Origin: the human T2T-CHM13v2.0 reference genome, Homo sapiens
Strand: one strand, 5' to 3'
Length of the DNA stretch: 64,000 nt
Assembly (NCBI RefSeq): GCF_009914755.1
Contig: NC_060932.1
The notes beneath the pieces are model-generated. The model made no database searches and was not told the origin of the DNA. It saw nothing but the letters and a program-made list of their open reading frames with translations. Each line of letters begins with the position of its first letter. Positions within the stretch are counted from its first letter, which is position 1. Below, one piece after another: positions 42,491 to 55,621 of this stretch. The position numbers and the translations under genes are program-made.

Positions 42491-43438
42491 GTTCCTGGAC
42501 TCCTCAGGCACAACACAGCCTCATTCTTTTGGTTTTCCTTCCTGTGGCCATGGCCCTAATCCAGACTATTATCCAGCTTTTGGATCTGCCGCTTCTTGGT
42601 GAGAGATTTCCAGAAACCTCCTCAGCACCCCAGCACATTCCCTGAGCCCCTGGAGTGGGCTGTGGGTCTCCGCATGTCTTCGTGCCCTGGTGACATCCAT
42701 GAATGAGGGAGTGGAGGGCTGCCGGGCCGGGCCTGGAGTCTTGGCTCTCTTTCCCTCACCGCTGATAAGGACAGAACTCGGGAATCTGAGAATCACGTCT
42801 TGGGGGCTCAGCAGGTCTCTGTGACCATCCTGTGGTCATTCCCCTAATTCCAAAATGCGTAACTGTGGTAGACGTATCTGGCACCTGAGCTCAACATTTT
42901 CCTTCCCCTGGTTCTTCAGAATAAATAAAAGGGACTCAGTGGTCCCCTTAACCTTCCCTGAGATGTTCTGTGGCAGTGCGCACTGTTTGACATCAGTCAG
43001 AGCCTGACCACCTCTGGGCACCAGTGTGCAGGTGTCTGCCTGTGAGGATTTATGCCACCGTTGGGTGCCGTGCCCTGCCCAGCCTGCACCCCTTCCCACA
43101 GAGAAGGCCGGTTGCAGGCCCGGTCCAGGGTCCCCCGTGCATTTCTTCAGATGGCCATCCAGTGTCCACACCTGAATTAATTGGCTGCACTATCTTCTGT
43201 CCAAACTGTTAGTTGAGTTTTGGATGGAACCTTTATCACCTGCTACATTTCCATTTGCACTTTGGGTTACTTTTGTATTTTGCTGTTCTAAGAACGAGTT
43301 TTGTCAAATCTGACAGGGTGATCCTGCTTCTGAGTCCACCGTTGCTCATTTTCCTACATGTTTCTTCATCCAGATAAACTTTAAAATCAGTTTTCAAGTT
43401 TCTAAAGAATTATGTGTGAAATTTTGATTGGGATTATC

Positions 43439-43675
43439 CAGGTTTAGCATCCTAAATCTTAAAATTTGAAATCCAAAGTGTTCCAGCTTCCAAAACCTTT
43501 AGAGAGCTGACATGATGCTCAATGGAACTGCTCATTGGAGCATTTCGGATTTGGATATTTGGATTTGAGACATTCAACCAGATAAGTATAGTCCATATCT
43601 TCCAAAATATGAAAAAAAAAACCAATTTGAAGTACTTCTGGTCCCACGCATTTTGGGTAAGGGACACTCAGCCTG
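43439..43675. mobile_element. Tigger4a/MER46 MITE
   Basis: Terminal inverted repeats caggtttagcatcc / gggacactcagcctg. Internal gctcattggagcatttcggatt. Confidence 0.85.
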
Positions 43676-44238
43676 AGCTGGATTTACAGATCAATGGGAG
43701 AAACTGACCCTCTGTTAAGGATGTGGCGTCTCACAGAGAAAGGTGGGCCCACCTACTTGTTGGCATGTATATTAAGTAATTCTTATTAATATTTCTTTCA
43801 AGGTCTTCATCCCTTCATGCATTTTTTGTCTACTTGGTGTTATTTGGGCTGTTCTTGTTGAATTTCTTCTTACATACTCTACAGTTTTTGCGTTAGCTAT
43901 TTCCACACATATAACAGATTTTGTGATATGATTATAACAGATATTTTTGTGCTGTTCTTGTTTAGGTTTATATCATTGTTTTCATTGCTTAGAAACTTAA
44001 GAAAATTATGTGGTTTTCTTTATGCTATGTGTGTATTTAGTGAGCTTTCTTCTCATTTTTCTCCAGAAATTTAGAAGGAATTTATTCTAAGGTTCATTTT
44101 TAATAATGTAATTAAATTATATTTTTTTATTATTCAACTTCAAAGCCAGAACTATTAGGACAGATGAAAAGATGCTGCACTTATATTTAATGACAGCTAA
44201 AGTTCCTTTCAACAGAGGAAAGTTTTCTCTCACTTCTT

Positions 44239-44535
<297 letters not shown>

Positions 44536-44554
44536 TTCTCTCACTTCTTAAAAG

Positions 44555-44750
44555 CAGTTTTATTGAGATATAATTCATATACCCCATACTACTCACCCAT
44601 TCAAAGTGTACAATCCGCTGGCTTTTATTATATTCAAAGAGGTACATGCAACTATCACCACAGTCAATTTCAGAACACTCTCCTCACCCAAAATTGAAGC
44701 CCTGCACTATTTAGGCACCCTCTCTGTCCTCCACCCCTGCCTCCTGTATC
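44555..44750 (-). mobile_element. L1MB 3' end fragment
   Basis: ttttattgagatataattcatataccatac...cacccattcaaagtgtacaat. Confidence 0.8.
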
Positions 44751-44753
44751 AGC

Positions 44754-45060
44754 ACAGTCAGTCCTCAATATCCAGGGTGGGGCAGGTGCCAGGACCCCCA
44801 CAGATACGCAGATCCACGGATGCTCAAGTCCCTGATGGCAAAAGGCTACTTTTGCCTATAACCTACACACATCCTCCTGCATACTTTAAATCATCTGTAG
44901 AGTACATATAAAGCTTAATACAGTGTAAGTACTATGTGCATGTATGCATGTGTAGTATTACAACTGATTCTTTATATTGACCACACATGCTCCCACATAC
45001 TTTAAATCATCTCTAGATTATTTATAAAACTTAATATAGTGTAAATGCTTTGCATGAATA
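44754..45060. mobile_element. Truncated MER2 fragment with duplicated end
   Basis: cagtcagtcctc...ccaggaccccc...atccacggatgctcaagtccct...cctataacctacacacatcctcc...tactttaaatcatct. Confidence 0.75.
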
Positions 45061-48000
45061 GTATTAAAACTGATTCTCTATATTGACCTCATGTCCTTCA
45101 ACCTTGCCAAACTCATTTATTAATTCTAATAATTTTTAGTGAATGTTTTAGATTTTTTTGTATATGTTATCGTGCCATCAGGAAATAGAGGTAGTTTTAT
45201 GATTTCTTACTTTAAATCTGAATGCCTTTTACTTCTCTTCATTACCCTGGCTAGGACCACCAGCACAATTTTGAAATGAAGGAGTGAGAACCAACATCCT
45301 TGTCTTGTTCCTGATCTTAGAGAAACAGAATTTAGTCTTCCACCACTAAGTATGATGTTAGTTATGTGGTTTTCATAGATTCCTTTTATTAAGTCAAGGA
45401 ACTTTCCTTCTATTTCTAACTTATTGCTTGTTTTTAATTAATACTTTATAATTCTCTATATATAATTGCTGCATTCATTTTACTAATATTTTGTTGAGGA
45501 TTTTTTAATCTATATTTATGAGATATTCATCTTTAGCCTTTTTTTCTTATGATGTATTTGCCTGGCTTTGATATTAGAGTAATATTGGCCTGATAAAATG
45601 AATTAGGAAGTACCTGCCTTTTTTCCATTTCTTGGAAGAATTTATGAAGCATTGTTATTAATTGTTCTTTAAATAGATATAAAGAAAGTTTGTTTTGTGG
45701 CTTAGTTAAGGTTTGTTTTGATTTGGCAGAATTCAGTAGAGATGTCGTCTGGGCCTGAGCTTTTCTTTGGGAGGACAGTTTTTTGATTTGCAGTCTTCAC
45801 TCTTGAGACGTCTGTTTAGATTGTTTTCTCTTGAGTCAGTTTTGGTAGTTTGTGTCTTTCTAGAAATGTGTCCATTTCATCTTAGGGCATCTACTTTGTT
45901 AGTGTAAAATTATTCATAGTGTTCCTGTACAATCCTTGTTATTTATGTAAGGTCTGTGATGATACCCCTCTTTCATCTGATTCTATTAAACTGAGACTTC
46001 TCTTTTTTTTCTTTGTCAATCTAGCTAAAAGTTTGTCAATTTTGTTGATATTTTCAAAAAGCCACCTTTCCATTTCATTTACTTTCTCTTTTTTTCTGTT
46101 CTCTATTAGTTTCTGTTTTAATATTATTATTTTTTCTTTTTTCTGCCTGCTTTACATTTAGTTTGTTCTTCTTTTTCCAGTATCTTAAAGTGGAAGTTTA
46201 GCTTCTTCATTTGAGGTCTTTCTTTTTCCTTCATAGAAGCATTTACAGCTATAAATTTCCCTTGAACCCTGCTTTGGCTGCATCTCATAAGGTTTGATGT
46301 GTTGAGTCTTCATTTTCAGTAATCTCAAAGTATTTTCTAATTCCCTCTGGGATTTGTTCGTTGTCCCATTGGTTATTTGGGAGTACATTGTTTAATTTCC
46401 ACAAACTGGTGAATTTCCAAAACTTTTTTCTGTTGTTGATTTCTAATTTGATTCCATTGTGATTAGAGAAAACAATTTGTGTTATTTGTATCATTTTAAA
46501 TTTATTTTTAATAATAGGTTTGTTTTATGGCTTAACATATGGTATATTCTGGGAATGTTTTATGTGCATTTGAGAAGATCGTATATTCTGCTGCTGTTGT
46601 TGGATGGAATGTTGTATTGGTGATTGCTAGGTCTAATGGGTTTACAGTGTTGTTCAAGCCTTCTCTTTCCTTGTTGATCTTTTGTCTAGTTGATCTATCC
46701 ATCATTAAGAGTGTGGTATTAAAGTCTTCGGCTATTGTTGAACTTGTGTCTTCATTTTTGTCAGTTTTTGCTTCACATGTTTTGGTGCTCTGTTGTTAAG
46801 GTGCATGTGTGTGTATATATGTATGTCTACATATGCATACACACATGTACATATATATTTATAATTGTTATTGCTCCTGATGGGTTGTCTCTTTTATAGT
46901 TAGTTCCTCTTTATCTGTAGTAACAGGTTTTGTTTTAAAGTCAATTTTGTCTGATATCAATGTAGCTATTCTAGCTTTCTTGTGATTGCTGTTAGCATAA
47001 TATATTTTTCTATCCTTTTACTTTCAATCTATTTGTATCTTTTAATCTTTAAAGTGTATCTCCACTAGGCAGGGTAGAGTTGGATCTTTTTTAAAAATTA
47101 AGTCTGACAACATGCTTCTTTTGATTATATTATTTAATCCATTCACATTTAATATTATCATTGATATAGTTGGATTTACATCTACTGTTTTACTTTTTTC
47201 CCCTCATATGTCTCTGATATGGTTTGACTGTGTCCCCACCCAAATCTCATCTTGAATTGTGGTTCCCATAATCCCCACGTGTCATGAGAGGGACCCGGTG
47301 AGAGGTAATTGAATCATGGCGGCAGTTTCCTCCATGCTATTCTCGTGATAGTAAGTTCTCATGAGATCTGGTGATTTCATAAGGGGCTTCCCCTTTCCCT
47401 CGGCTCTCATTCTTCTCCTTTCTGCTGCCATGTGAAGAAGGATGTGTTTGCTTCCCCTTCCACCATGATTGTAAGTTTCCTTGGGCCTCCCTAGCCCTGC
47501 TGAACTGTGAGTCAATTAAACCTCTTTTCTTTATAAATTACCCAGTCGTGAGTATGTCCTTATAGCAGTGTGAGAATGAACTAATATAGTCTCATACCTT
47601 TTTTATTTCTTCATCCCTCCTTACTCATTTTTTTGCATTAAGTGAATATTTTCCACTGTAGCATTTTAAGTTACTTAAGGATTTTTTCACTATATTTTTG
47701 AGTCATTTATTTCGTGTTTGCTCTAGAGTTTCCCATATATGTTTTAGCTTATTAAAATCAGTTTCAGACTTATGCTGGCATAATTCTAGTAATAAATAGA
47801 AGCATTACTTCTATGTAGCTATACTATGTTTCCCCTCTTCTGTGGTATTATTATACTTATTACATCTCTTAATGTTGCAAACGCAACAGCACATTGTTAT
47901 AATTATGACTTTACCACCTGTAATTATGTTCTTAGTATAACATAGCTTTGCTTCCACTAACCCTCTTCGTGCTGTTATTGACAAATATGTTACACATATA

Positions 48001-50045
48001 TTTTTATGTTTGATAGGTCCACCAAGCTTTTTCATATGTATTATTTTATACAATTTTATTTTAAATCAGTTAGGAGGACAGAAAATATGTTAATACAGTC
48101 TTTTATAATTATGTAATTACCATTACCAGTTATCTTAATTTTTCATGTGGATTTTAATATTATCAGGGGTCACTTGCTTTCAGCCTCAAGAACTTTCTTT
48201 AGAATTACTTGTAAGGTTGATCTGCTAGCAATAAATTCTCTGAGTTTTTATTTTTCTGGAAATGTCTTTATTTTGTCTTCATTTTTGAAGAATAGGTTTT
48301 CTGGATATAGCATTCGTGATAGACAGTTTTGTTTTTCTTTTGAGTACTTTCAGTATGTTATACCACTGCTTTTCTGGCCTCTACTGTTTCTGCTGAGAAG
48401 TCAACTATTAATCAGATTGGATTTCCTTTGTAAGTAACAAGTCATTTTTCTCTTGTAGCTTTTAAGATTTTCACCTTTTCTTTGACTTTCAGCATTTGTA
48501 CTGTGACTTATCTGTTTGTAACTCTCTTTGCTTTTATCCTTGTTGGAGTTTGTGGAGCTTCCTGGATGTGTACGTTATTGTTTTTCAGTATGTTTGGGAG
48601 GTTTTCAGCTATTATTTTTTGCATATCTTTTTTGCTGCTTTCTCTTACCTCCTTCTGATGTTCTCATTGTGCTTGTGTTTGTGTGCTCTAGGTGCCCTAT
48701 GCTTCTGAGCTCCTTCAGTTGTCTCTGTCTTCTTTCCTGTCTCTGCTTTAGCTTGCAGAACATCTATGGATCTGTTTTGCAGTTTGCTTATTCCTTTTCC
48801 TGATGTTGGAATCTACAGTTAAACCCCACGAATGAGTTTTTATTTCAGTTATTTTACTTTTCCAACAGCGGAATTTCCATATGGTTATTTCTATATTTTT
48901 ACCAGGTTTTTTTTTTTTTTATTTTTTGCAACATTCTTCTACCATCTTTACCTCTTCAGTCATAGTCTCCTTTGGTTCTGGGAACATCTTTATGACTCCT
49001 TTGAAATCTTTTTCTAATAAACCTGGCCTCTGGTCACTTCCACAGGTAGTTTGTGTTGCCTGCCTTTTATTGTTTTTTCATTGTATGGATCATACTTTCC
49101 TATCTCTTTGCATGTCTCATGATTTTTTGTCAGAAACTGGACATTTTGATATATAATGTCACAGTTCTTGCCAGTGATAGTGGTCCTTCCCCCACACCTG
49201 GGCTTGTTTTTGTTGTTTCTTCGTTCAGTGATTGGCTGGGTTTGTTTAGAGGAGTCTAGACTCTCTGCCCTGTCCCCCATGGTGTTTAGCCTCTGATGTG
49301 GCTCCTTGTTGGGGGCAGGGGTTGCAGCTTTGGGTGTGACCCCCTTACCTGGTTGACAGTGGTATGGGCAGGCTTTCTTCCTCTCTGTCCCTGACCCAGG
49401 CAGCTATTAAACGCCACTAATTGCTGCTGATTGCAATTGTGGGCATACATTGCTTCACAAATAAATCTAATCAAATTGTGGCTTCTTTGAAGGAATAGTT
49501 TGAGGTTCCTGTTTGATACTTGCTTTGACACAAGAAGGATCCTCCCAGCTGTCTTATTCCCTAGTTCTTCCCTGCAAGCCAGTAACCTACAGGTTCACCT
49601 GTGTCTTGAATCTCTTCCCAGTTGCATTTCACCACAAATTCCAATGCTCCCGAGAGCTCCCTTAGGTTTAAGCTTCTTCATATTCTGTGCAAATGAGGTT
49701 TGGCTCCTTTGGAAAGAGATTGTGTTCCACAGCTCTGAATGCTAGCGATGGCCCATAACCATCTGCTTTTGTCCTGCTTCTCCAGCAGAAAAATGAAGAC
49801 ATCCCAAGTGGAGTCTCTTGACTTTCTGAGCTGGGAGGGATAGGAGAGAGCAGACTTGGTTCAAATCCCACAGGTACTTGTCTCCCTGAATTTTCGTAGC
49901 TTCTCTTGAAAGATATTTCTTCATTTGCTGTTTGCCAATGGACCATTTTCAGAGACTGTAGATGTTTTGTTGTTGTCTATAATTTTCAACAGTTTTCCTT
50001 GAGAGTACTGGGAGTCCTCATACTGTCATGCTGGAAGTCACTCTC
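45060..50045 (-). mobile_element. Long old L1M relic (5' half of ORF2, inter-ORF, ORF1, 5' region)
   Basis: Degenerate ORF2 endonuclease peptides (FSNHNGIKLEINNRKKF, WKLNN) at 46285-46494. ORF1-like antisense sequence at 48200-48700. Confidence 0.75.
47215..47588 (+). mobile_element. THE1 (C/D-like) solo LTR
   Basis: tgatatggtttgactgtgtccccacccaaatctcatcttgaattgt...gaactaatata. 5-bp TSD gtctc at 47210-47214 and 47589-47593. Confidence 0.93.
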
Positions 50046-50468
50046 CCATTTTTTAACAATGGGAGAGACTTGAATATATTTAAGTACTCATGGGAAAAAG
50101 TCAGTGGTGGGAGGAAAGTTGAATTTATAGACAGAGATGGAATAATTAATAGAAACAAATTCTTTTAGGAGAATACGGGATATAGAACAGAGCTAGAGTG
50201 TTTAGTTTGAGATCCATGGGACCCTCTGAATGTAACGGAAATCAGAGAGGAACACACGGTAGGTTTTGTGGTTCAAAGTTCAGAAAATTCTTGATGAATG
50301 CTTTGCTCTTCCTTGTGAAGGTGGTGGTGGGGTTGTGGGTCAGAGGACGATAAGTAGAGGTTGTGGGGACTGCAGAGCTATTGGGATGAATGAGAGAGTA
50401 AATTTCTAGGAAAATGGGTTAGGATTTCCATGTTGTGATAGCCATTCTCAATCTTGTTGTTCCAGTGG

Positions 50469-50870
50469 TGCTATGGTTTGGTATGGTTGGTCCTCACCAA
50501 AACTCACTGAGGCTTGGTCCCCAGTGTAATGGTGTTGAGTGGTGGGAGGTGTTTGGTCCACGAGGGACCCTCATGGAGAGATTAAATGCCATCTCTCAGG
50601 AGTGAGTTCTCCTGGGAATGGGTTGCTTTCCAAGAAGGTGGATTTTATAAAGTGAGGCCACCTCTCCTGTTTGGTTCCTCTTTCACAAGGCCCACTTCCC
50701 CTCCTACTTCTCTACCATGTTGTGAGACAGCACAAGGCTCCCACCAGAAGCCATGGGCACCATGCTCTTGGACTTCGCAGACACTAGAATCATGAATTAA
50801 ATACCTCTTCTCTTTGCAGATTACCCTGCCTCAGATACTGTGTTATAGCAACACAAAAGGGACTAAGACA
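50469..50870 (+). mobile_element. MST-type MaLR solo LTR
   Basis: tgctatggtttgg...ttatagcaacacaaaagggactaagaca. Confidence 0.85.
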
Positions 50871-51559
50871 GATGGCTTTTAGAGTCCTGGGACTGATGGT
50901 ACTCTGGTCTGGGCTCAATGAAGGAGGCTCCCAATATCCTAATTGGCCAAAACCAACTAGGTTGTGTGTGAAAGCAACTTGATTACATTATGTTCTTTAT
51001 TTTTATTTTTTACATTGACAAATGCCATCTAAAATCTTACCTAGGATCACAAAGGGAGTTTGTGGATGTGTCAGTTTGGGTTGGACCAGTTTATTCACTG
51101 TGATACAAGAACAAGTCCAGAGGCACATAGATAATTTCCCTGTTAGCCACTGACTAGAGAAGAATTATTCACTCTCTGGGCAATAATTTGTGAAGACCAT
51201 TCCCCGGAGAAGAAATTTGTTTTGCTGTTAGGACATTCACCGAAATGACACTGTCTGCTTGGGGAGCGTAGGGTTTACTTGAAGATAGAGGTCCTTTGGG
51301 TCTGGTGGTACCCATGGATAAGTTCCCATGCAGGTGTCACTTTCCCCAGGTGGGGGTGTTGAGCGCTAGGCTCAGTTTGTCCTGTGAAGGCATCTTTCTG
51401 CCATCATCCCTGCCTTAGGTTAGAGTCATTACCATCTGACCCACGATCTAGTCTTTGAACATCTCTGGTTCCTTCCTCCATCTCCCCGTTGTCTTCATTA
51501 GTTTCCTAGGAGCCAAGAACACACAAATCCGTTCTTTAGTTACTTGTGCTACAACCTCC

Positions 51560-52945
51560 CTTCTGACTCACTTCCCTCCCTAATCTATCATTTTGTCACT
51601 TGGCAAAATTCCATTGTTGAATTTTTTCATCATTGACCTTTATCACTCTATACCCCAAAGAGTTGATTGCTCCTAGGGAGAACCATGTATCTGGGCAGTG
51701 GATGCTGCTAAAAATAAAACCATAGCAACAACAGCCTCCACTTTATGTGAGCTCTCATTGTTACCTGGACTGTCTTCTCCATGTCATTGTCAAGCACTTC
51801 TCCATTCTCCTTCCGTGTCTCTCCTCCCTAATGGAATTTTATATCTTAACCATATCCCTCGAGTCTGCAGCCTCCTTCTTTACTCATTTGATCTCAGCAA
51901 CCAGTGGGTGCCCTTGTTTTGTGTAAGAAATGTAGAGGTCTTCAGGAAATTCTGTCCTGGCCTTCTTGTCCTGCTGCTTCCAAATTCATCAGAACTGGTC
52001 TTTCCTTTGAGAGGGGTGAGGGGAAGTTTTCTTTGCATCCGTGGTGTTTGTGTTCACCTGTGTTCTTGGCCCCACCCCTTCTCCCTCCACTGCACTTGCA
52101 TCTCCTTCTCTTAGGTTTGTTCCTCCGTCCCTCTTTTTGACCACATCCTCCTAATCAATTTCTGTGCTTCTAATATTCTCCTCATGCACACACTTTGTGC
52201 ATCCTGCCACCGAGGCCATGCGTCTTCTAGAATGTAGATGTGCTTCTGTCTCACATGAGACACCATAAATCATTCCCCAGGAAAGTGTCCACACTCACAC
52301 ACAGAGGGTTCTGCTATCTGGCTCCTGTGCGGGGTGACCGTCCAGTGTGTGTCCCCTCTCCAGCCCTTGCCTGCGACATGGCATCCGTGCTGGGGAGACT
52401 TTGTAGGTGGGTCAGGGTGACCGTCCAGTGTGTGTCCCCTCTCCAGCCCTTGCCTGCGACATGGCATCCGTGCTGGGGAGACTTTATAGGTGGGTCGGGG
52501 TGACCGTCCAGTGTGTGTCCCCTCTCCAGCCCTTGCCTGCGACATGGCATCCGTGCTGGGGAGACTTTATAGGTGGGTCGGGGTGACTGTCCAGTGTGTG
52601 TCCCCTCTCCAGCCCTTGACTGCGACATGGTATCTGTGCTGGGGAGACTTTGTATGTGGGTCCTTTCTCTCCTGAGAATGTCCCCATCCCCCACTTGCCA
52701 CTGTAACTCCTGCTCGTTCATGGACTCAACGCAGATGTAATTTTTGCTAAGAAGTTCCTCCCTCCTAAATTAGGGTGGGTGCCTCCTCCATGCATAAACA
52801 TAATGCCCTGATCTCCACTCTGTTAATTTATAACTAGTCGTATCACTTAATATCTAATTGCACAGCCAACTTTCTATCTCCAGGACTTGCACAACAGCTC
52901 ATGCTTGATAGGTGCTCAGTAAGTGGCTTATATATAAGTGAGTAA
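51560..52945 (+). mobile_element. Fragmented L2 hosting the 83-bp repeat
   Basis: atctggctcctg before the array, ctcctgagaatgtcccc...ctcaacgcagatgtaa after it, and the 3' end taggtgctcagtaagtggctt. Confidence 0.6.
52331..52662. repeat. 83-bp minisatellite, 4 copies
   Basis: tgac(c/t)gtccagtgtgtgtcccctctccagccc recurs at 52335, 52418, 52501 and 52584. Confidence 0.97.
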
Positions 52946-53276
52946 GGTCTACCTTCATTTTGCAAAGCTCAGGTGATATTCACAAGAATTTGCGAAGATT
53001 ACATAAAAATGACTTAGAGCAATACACTTAATCTTACTTATTGCAAAGTAGAATCTTTCTTTTTAAAACAATTCAGGAAAGTTAAGCGACCTAGGATAGG
53101 GATTTTTACTTTTCAGAAAATTAATAGGCGATCTTCATTTGAGCTATAAAACTCTCTCAGAGTAGTCATACATCTACATGGAGTTAGCTTGGCTGTGAAT
53201 CTCATTTATTCCTCAGTTTTATGTAGGACGTTTGCCCCGATAATTTGACTGGTTGTATCTCTATCTCTGTAAATAG

Positions 53277-53743
<467 letters not shown>

Positions 53744-54168
53744 CATCTCTCTTTTTATTGGAAACATATGCCCTGTCACTTTGTTCCCAGAAATAAACCG
53801 TGAAGTGTCACAGAGAAAATATAAATTCTCCCACCCAATATCCAGTCTGGTTGAATTTATTCATTCCAGGATATCTGAGTCCCCTGCCATGCAAACTCAT
53901 AGCCTCGTGTGGTATATTCCACCTTTCCAGAGGGCATAAGTGCTCACCTGTGTCCTGTTCATTCTGGGCACTGAATTGTGTGCCATTGGTCACATGATAT
54001 CACCCAGTCCAGAGGCTTCCCTGTAAATACTTGAAATGGCTCCTTAACAGAGAACTTAAGAGAGGCGTCAGTGATGCTCCAAATGAGACGTGAGACCCAG
54101 CTGAGGCCTGAGACATGAATGAGACATGACGGGGATTTATCTAATTTAGTTAGCACATCATCAGAGAT

Positions 54169-54690
54169 CTGCGGAGGCCTCTCCTGCGGGCACCCGTGCC
54201 TGGCCCAGCGGCACCTCTCCCTGCGGAGGCCTCTCCTGCGGGCACCCGTGCCTGGCCCAGCGGCACCTCTCCCTGCGGAGGCCTCTCCTGCGGGTACCCG
54301 TGCCTGGCCCAGCGGCACCGCTCCCTGCGGAGGCCTCCCTTGCGCGCACCCTCGCCTGATCCAGCGGTACCTCTCCCTGCGGAGGCCTCTCCTGCGCGCA
54401 CCCTCGCCTGATCCAGCGGTACCTCTCCCTGCGGAGGCCTCTCCTGCGGGCACCCTCGCCTGATCCAGCGGTACCTCTCCCTGCGGAGGCCTCCCCTGCG
54501 CGCACCCTCGCCTGATCCAGCGGTACCTCTCCCTGCGGAGGCCTCCCCTGCGCGCACCCTCGCCTGATCCAGCGGTACCTCTCCCTGCGGAGGCCTCTCC
54601 TGCGCGCACCCTCGCCTGATCCAGCGGTACCTCTCCCTGCGGAGGCCTCTCCTGCGGGCAGCCGTGCCTGGCCCAGCGGCATCTCTCCCT
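54169..54690. repeat. 52-bp GC/CpG-rich minisatellite, 10 copies, two unit types
   Basis: ctgcggaggcct recurs every 52 bp from 54169 to 54637. Confidence 0.98.
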
Positions 54691-55429
54691 GGCGTCAGCA
54701 GCTTTCCTCTCCGTTCCCCTCCGCCCCGTGGTGTCGTCACTTCTCGGCTGCTCACGCTGCGACGTTGTTTTGTTGGGTCGGATCTCTGCATCGGTCTGGG
54801 CATGGGTAACTACTCAGGATTAATGTCACAAGTTGAGTTTTTGTTGGTGACACTGACAAGCTTTGTTTCCCTCCCTGTGCTCCACACGGGCTCTGGTCCT
54901 CTAACACAATCTTCCTGGGTCCCGTGCTCTGCAGGGCCAGGTCAGATGATTTCCTGAGCAGTGCGTATGTCCTGTGATGTCCTGTGTTGCTGGAATGGAG
55001 TGCATTCTTCTCTCTCAGTGAGGAATAGCTTTCTGATTGTGATCTCAGTGGAAGTCACGTGCTGTACCCACCACTGGGCAGACCTTGCTGGCCACGGCCT
55101 CCACGTGCAGTGACCGTTCTCTTGGCAGCGTCTCAGGCTGTCTGGACCAGCTGTCACAGTCTCGCTGTGGGTGAGTCACCTGAGGCACTGTATGGCGGAT
55201 AGAAGGATTCATTGCCCTGGGAGGTAAGCCTGGGCCTACATTGGCCTAGGGACAGTTGTGAAGCTTATCTTGTTTTGATTCCCTGGTCACATAGAAATTT
55301 AGAATAATGATCCTTTTTAAAAAAAAATACAATAATGCTTTTATTACTTGATATGCAAATGCATATTCTTTTTTTTCCCTTAATTTCTTCTTAAAAAAAA
55401 AAACCCAGGATACATGTACAGAATGTGCA

Positions 55430-55621
55430 GGTTTGTTACACAGGTACGCGTGTGCCATGGCGGTTCGTTACATAGGAACGCGTGTGCCGCGGCGGTTCGT
55501 TACGTAGGAGCGCGGGTGCCGCGGCGGTTCGTTACGTAGGTGCGCGTGTGCCGCGGCGGTTCGTTACGTAGGTGCGCGTGTGCCGCGGCCGTTCGTTACG
55601 TAGGAGCGCGGGTGCTGTGGT
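55430..55621. repeat. 32-bp CpG-rich minisatellite, 6 copies, inside the L1 3'UTR
   Basis: Unit ggttcgttacgtaggtgcgcgtgtgccgcggc at 55430, 55462, 55494, 55526, 55558 and 55590. Confidence 0.97.

Noticed and set aside
53959-54803. Arg/Gly-rich ORFs of about 217 aa
   Set aside because: These are translations of the GC-rich 52-bp minisatellite.
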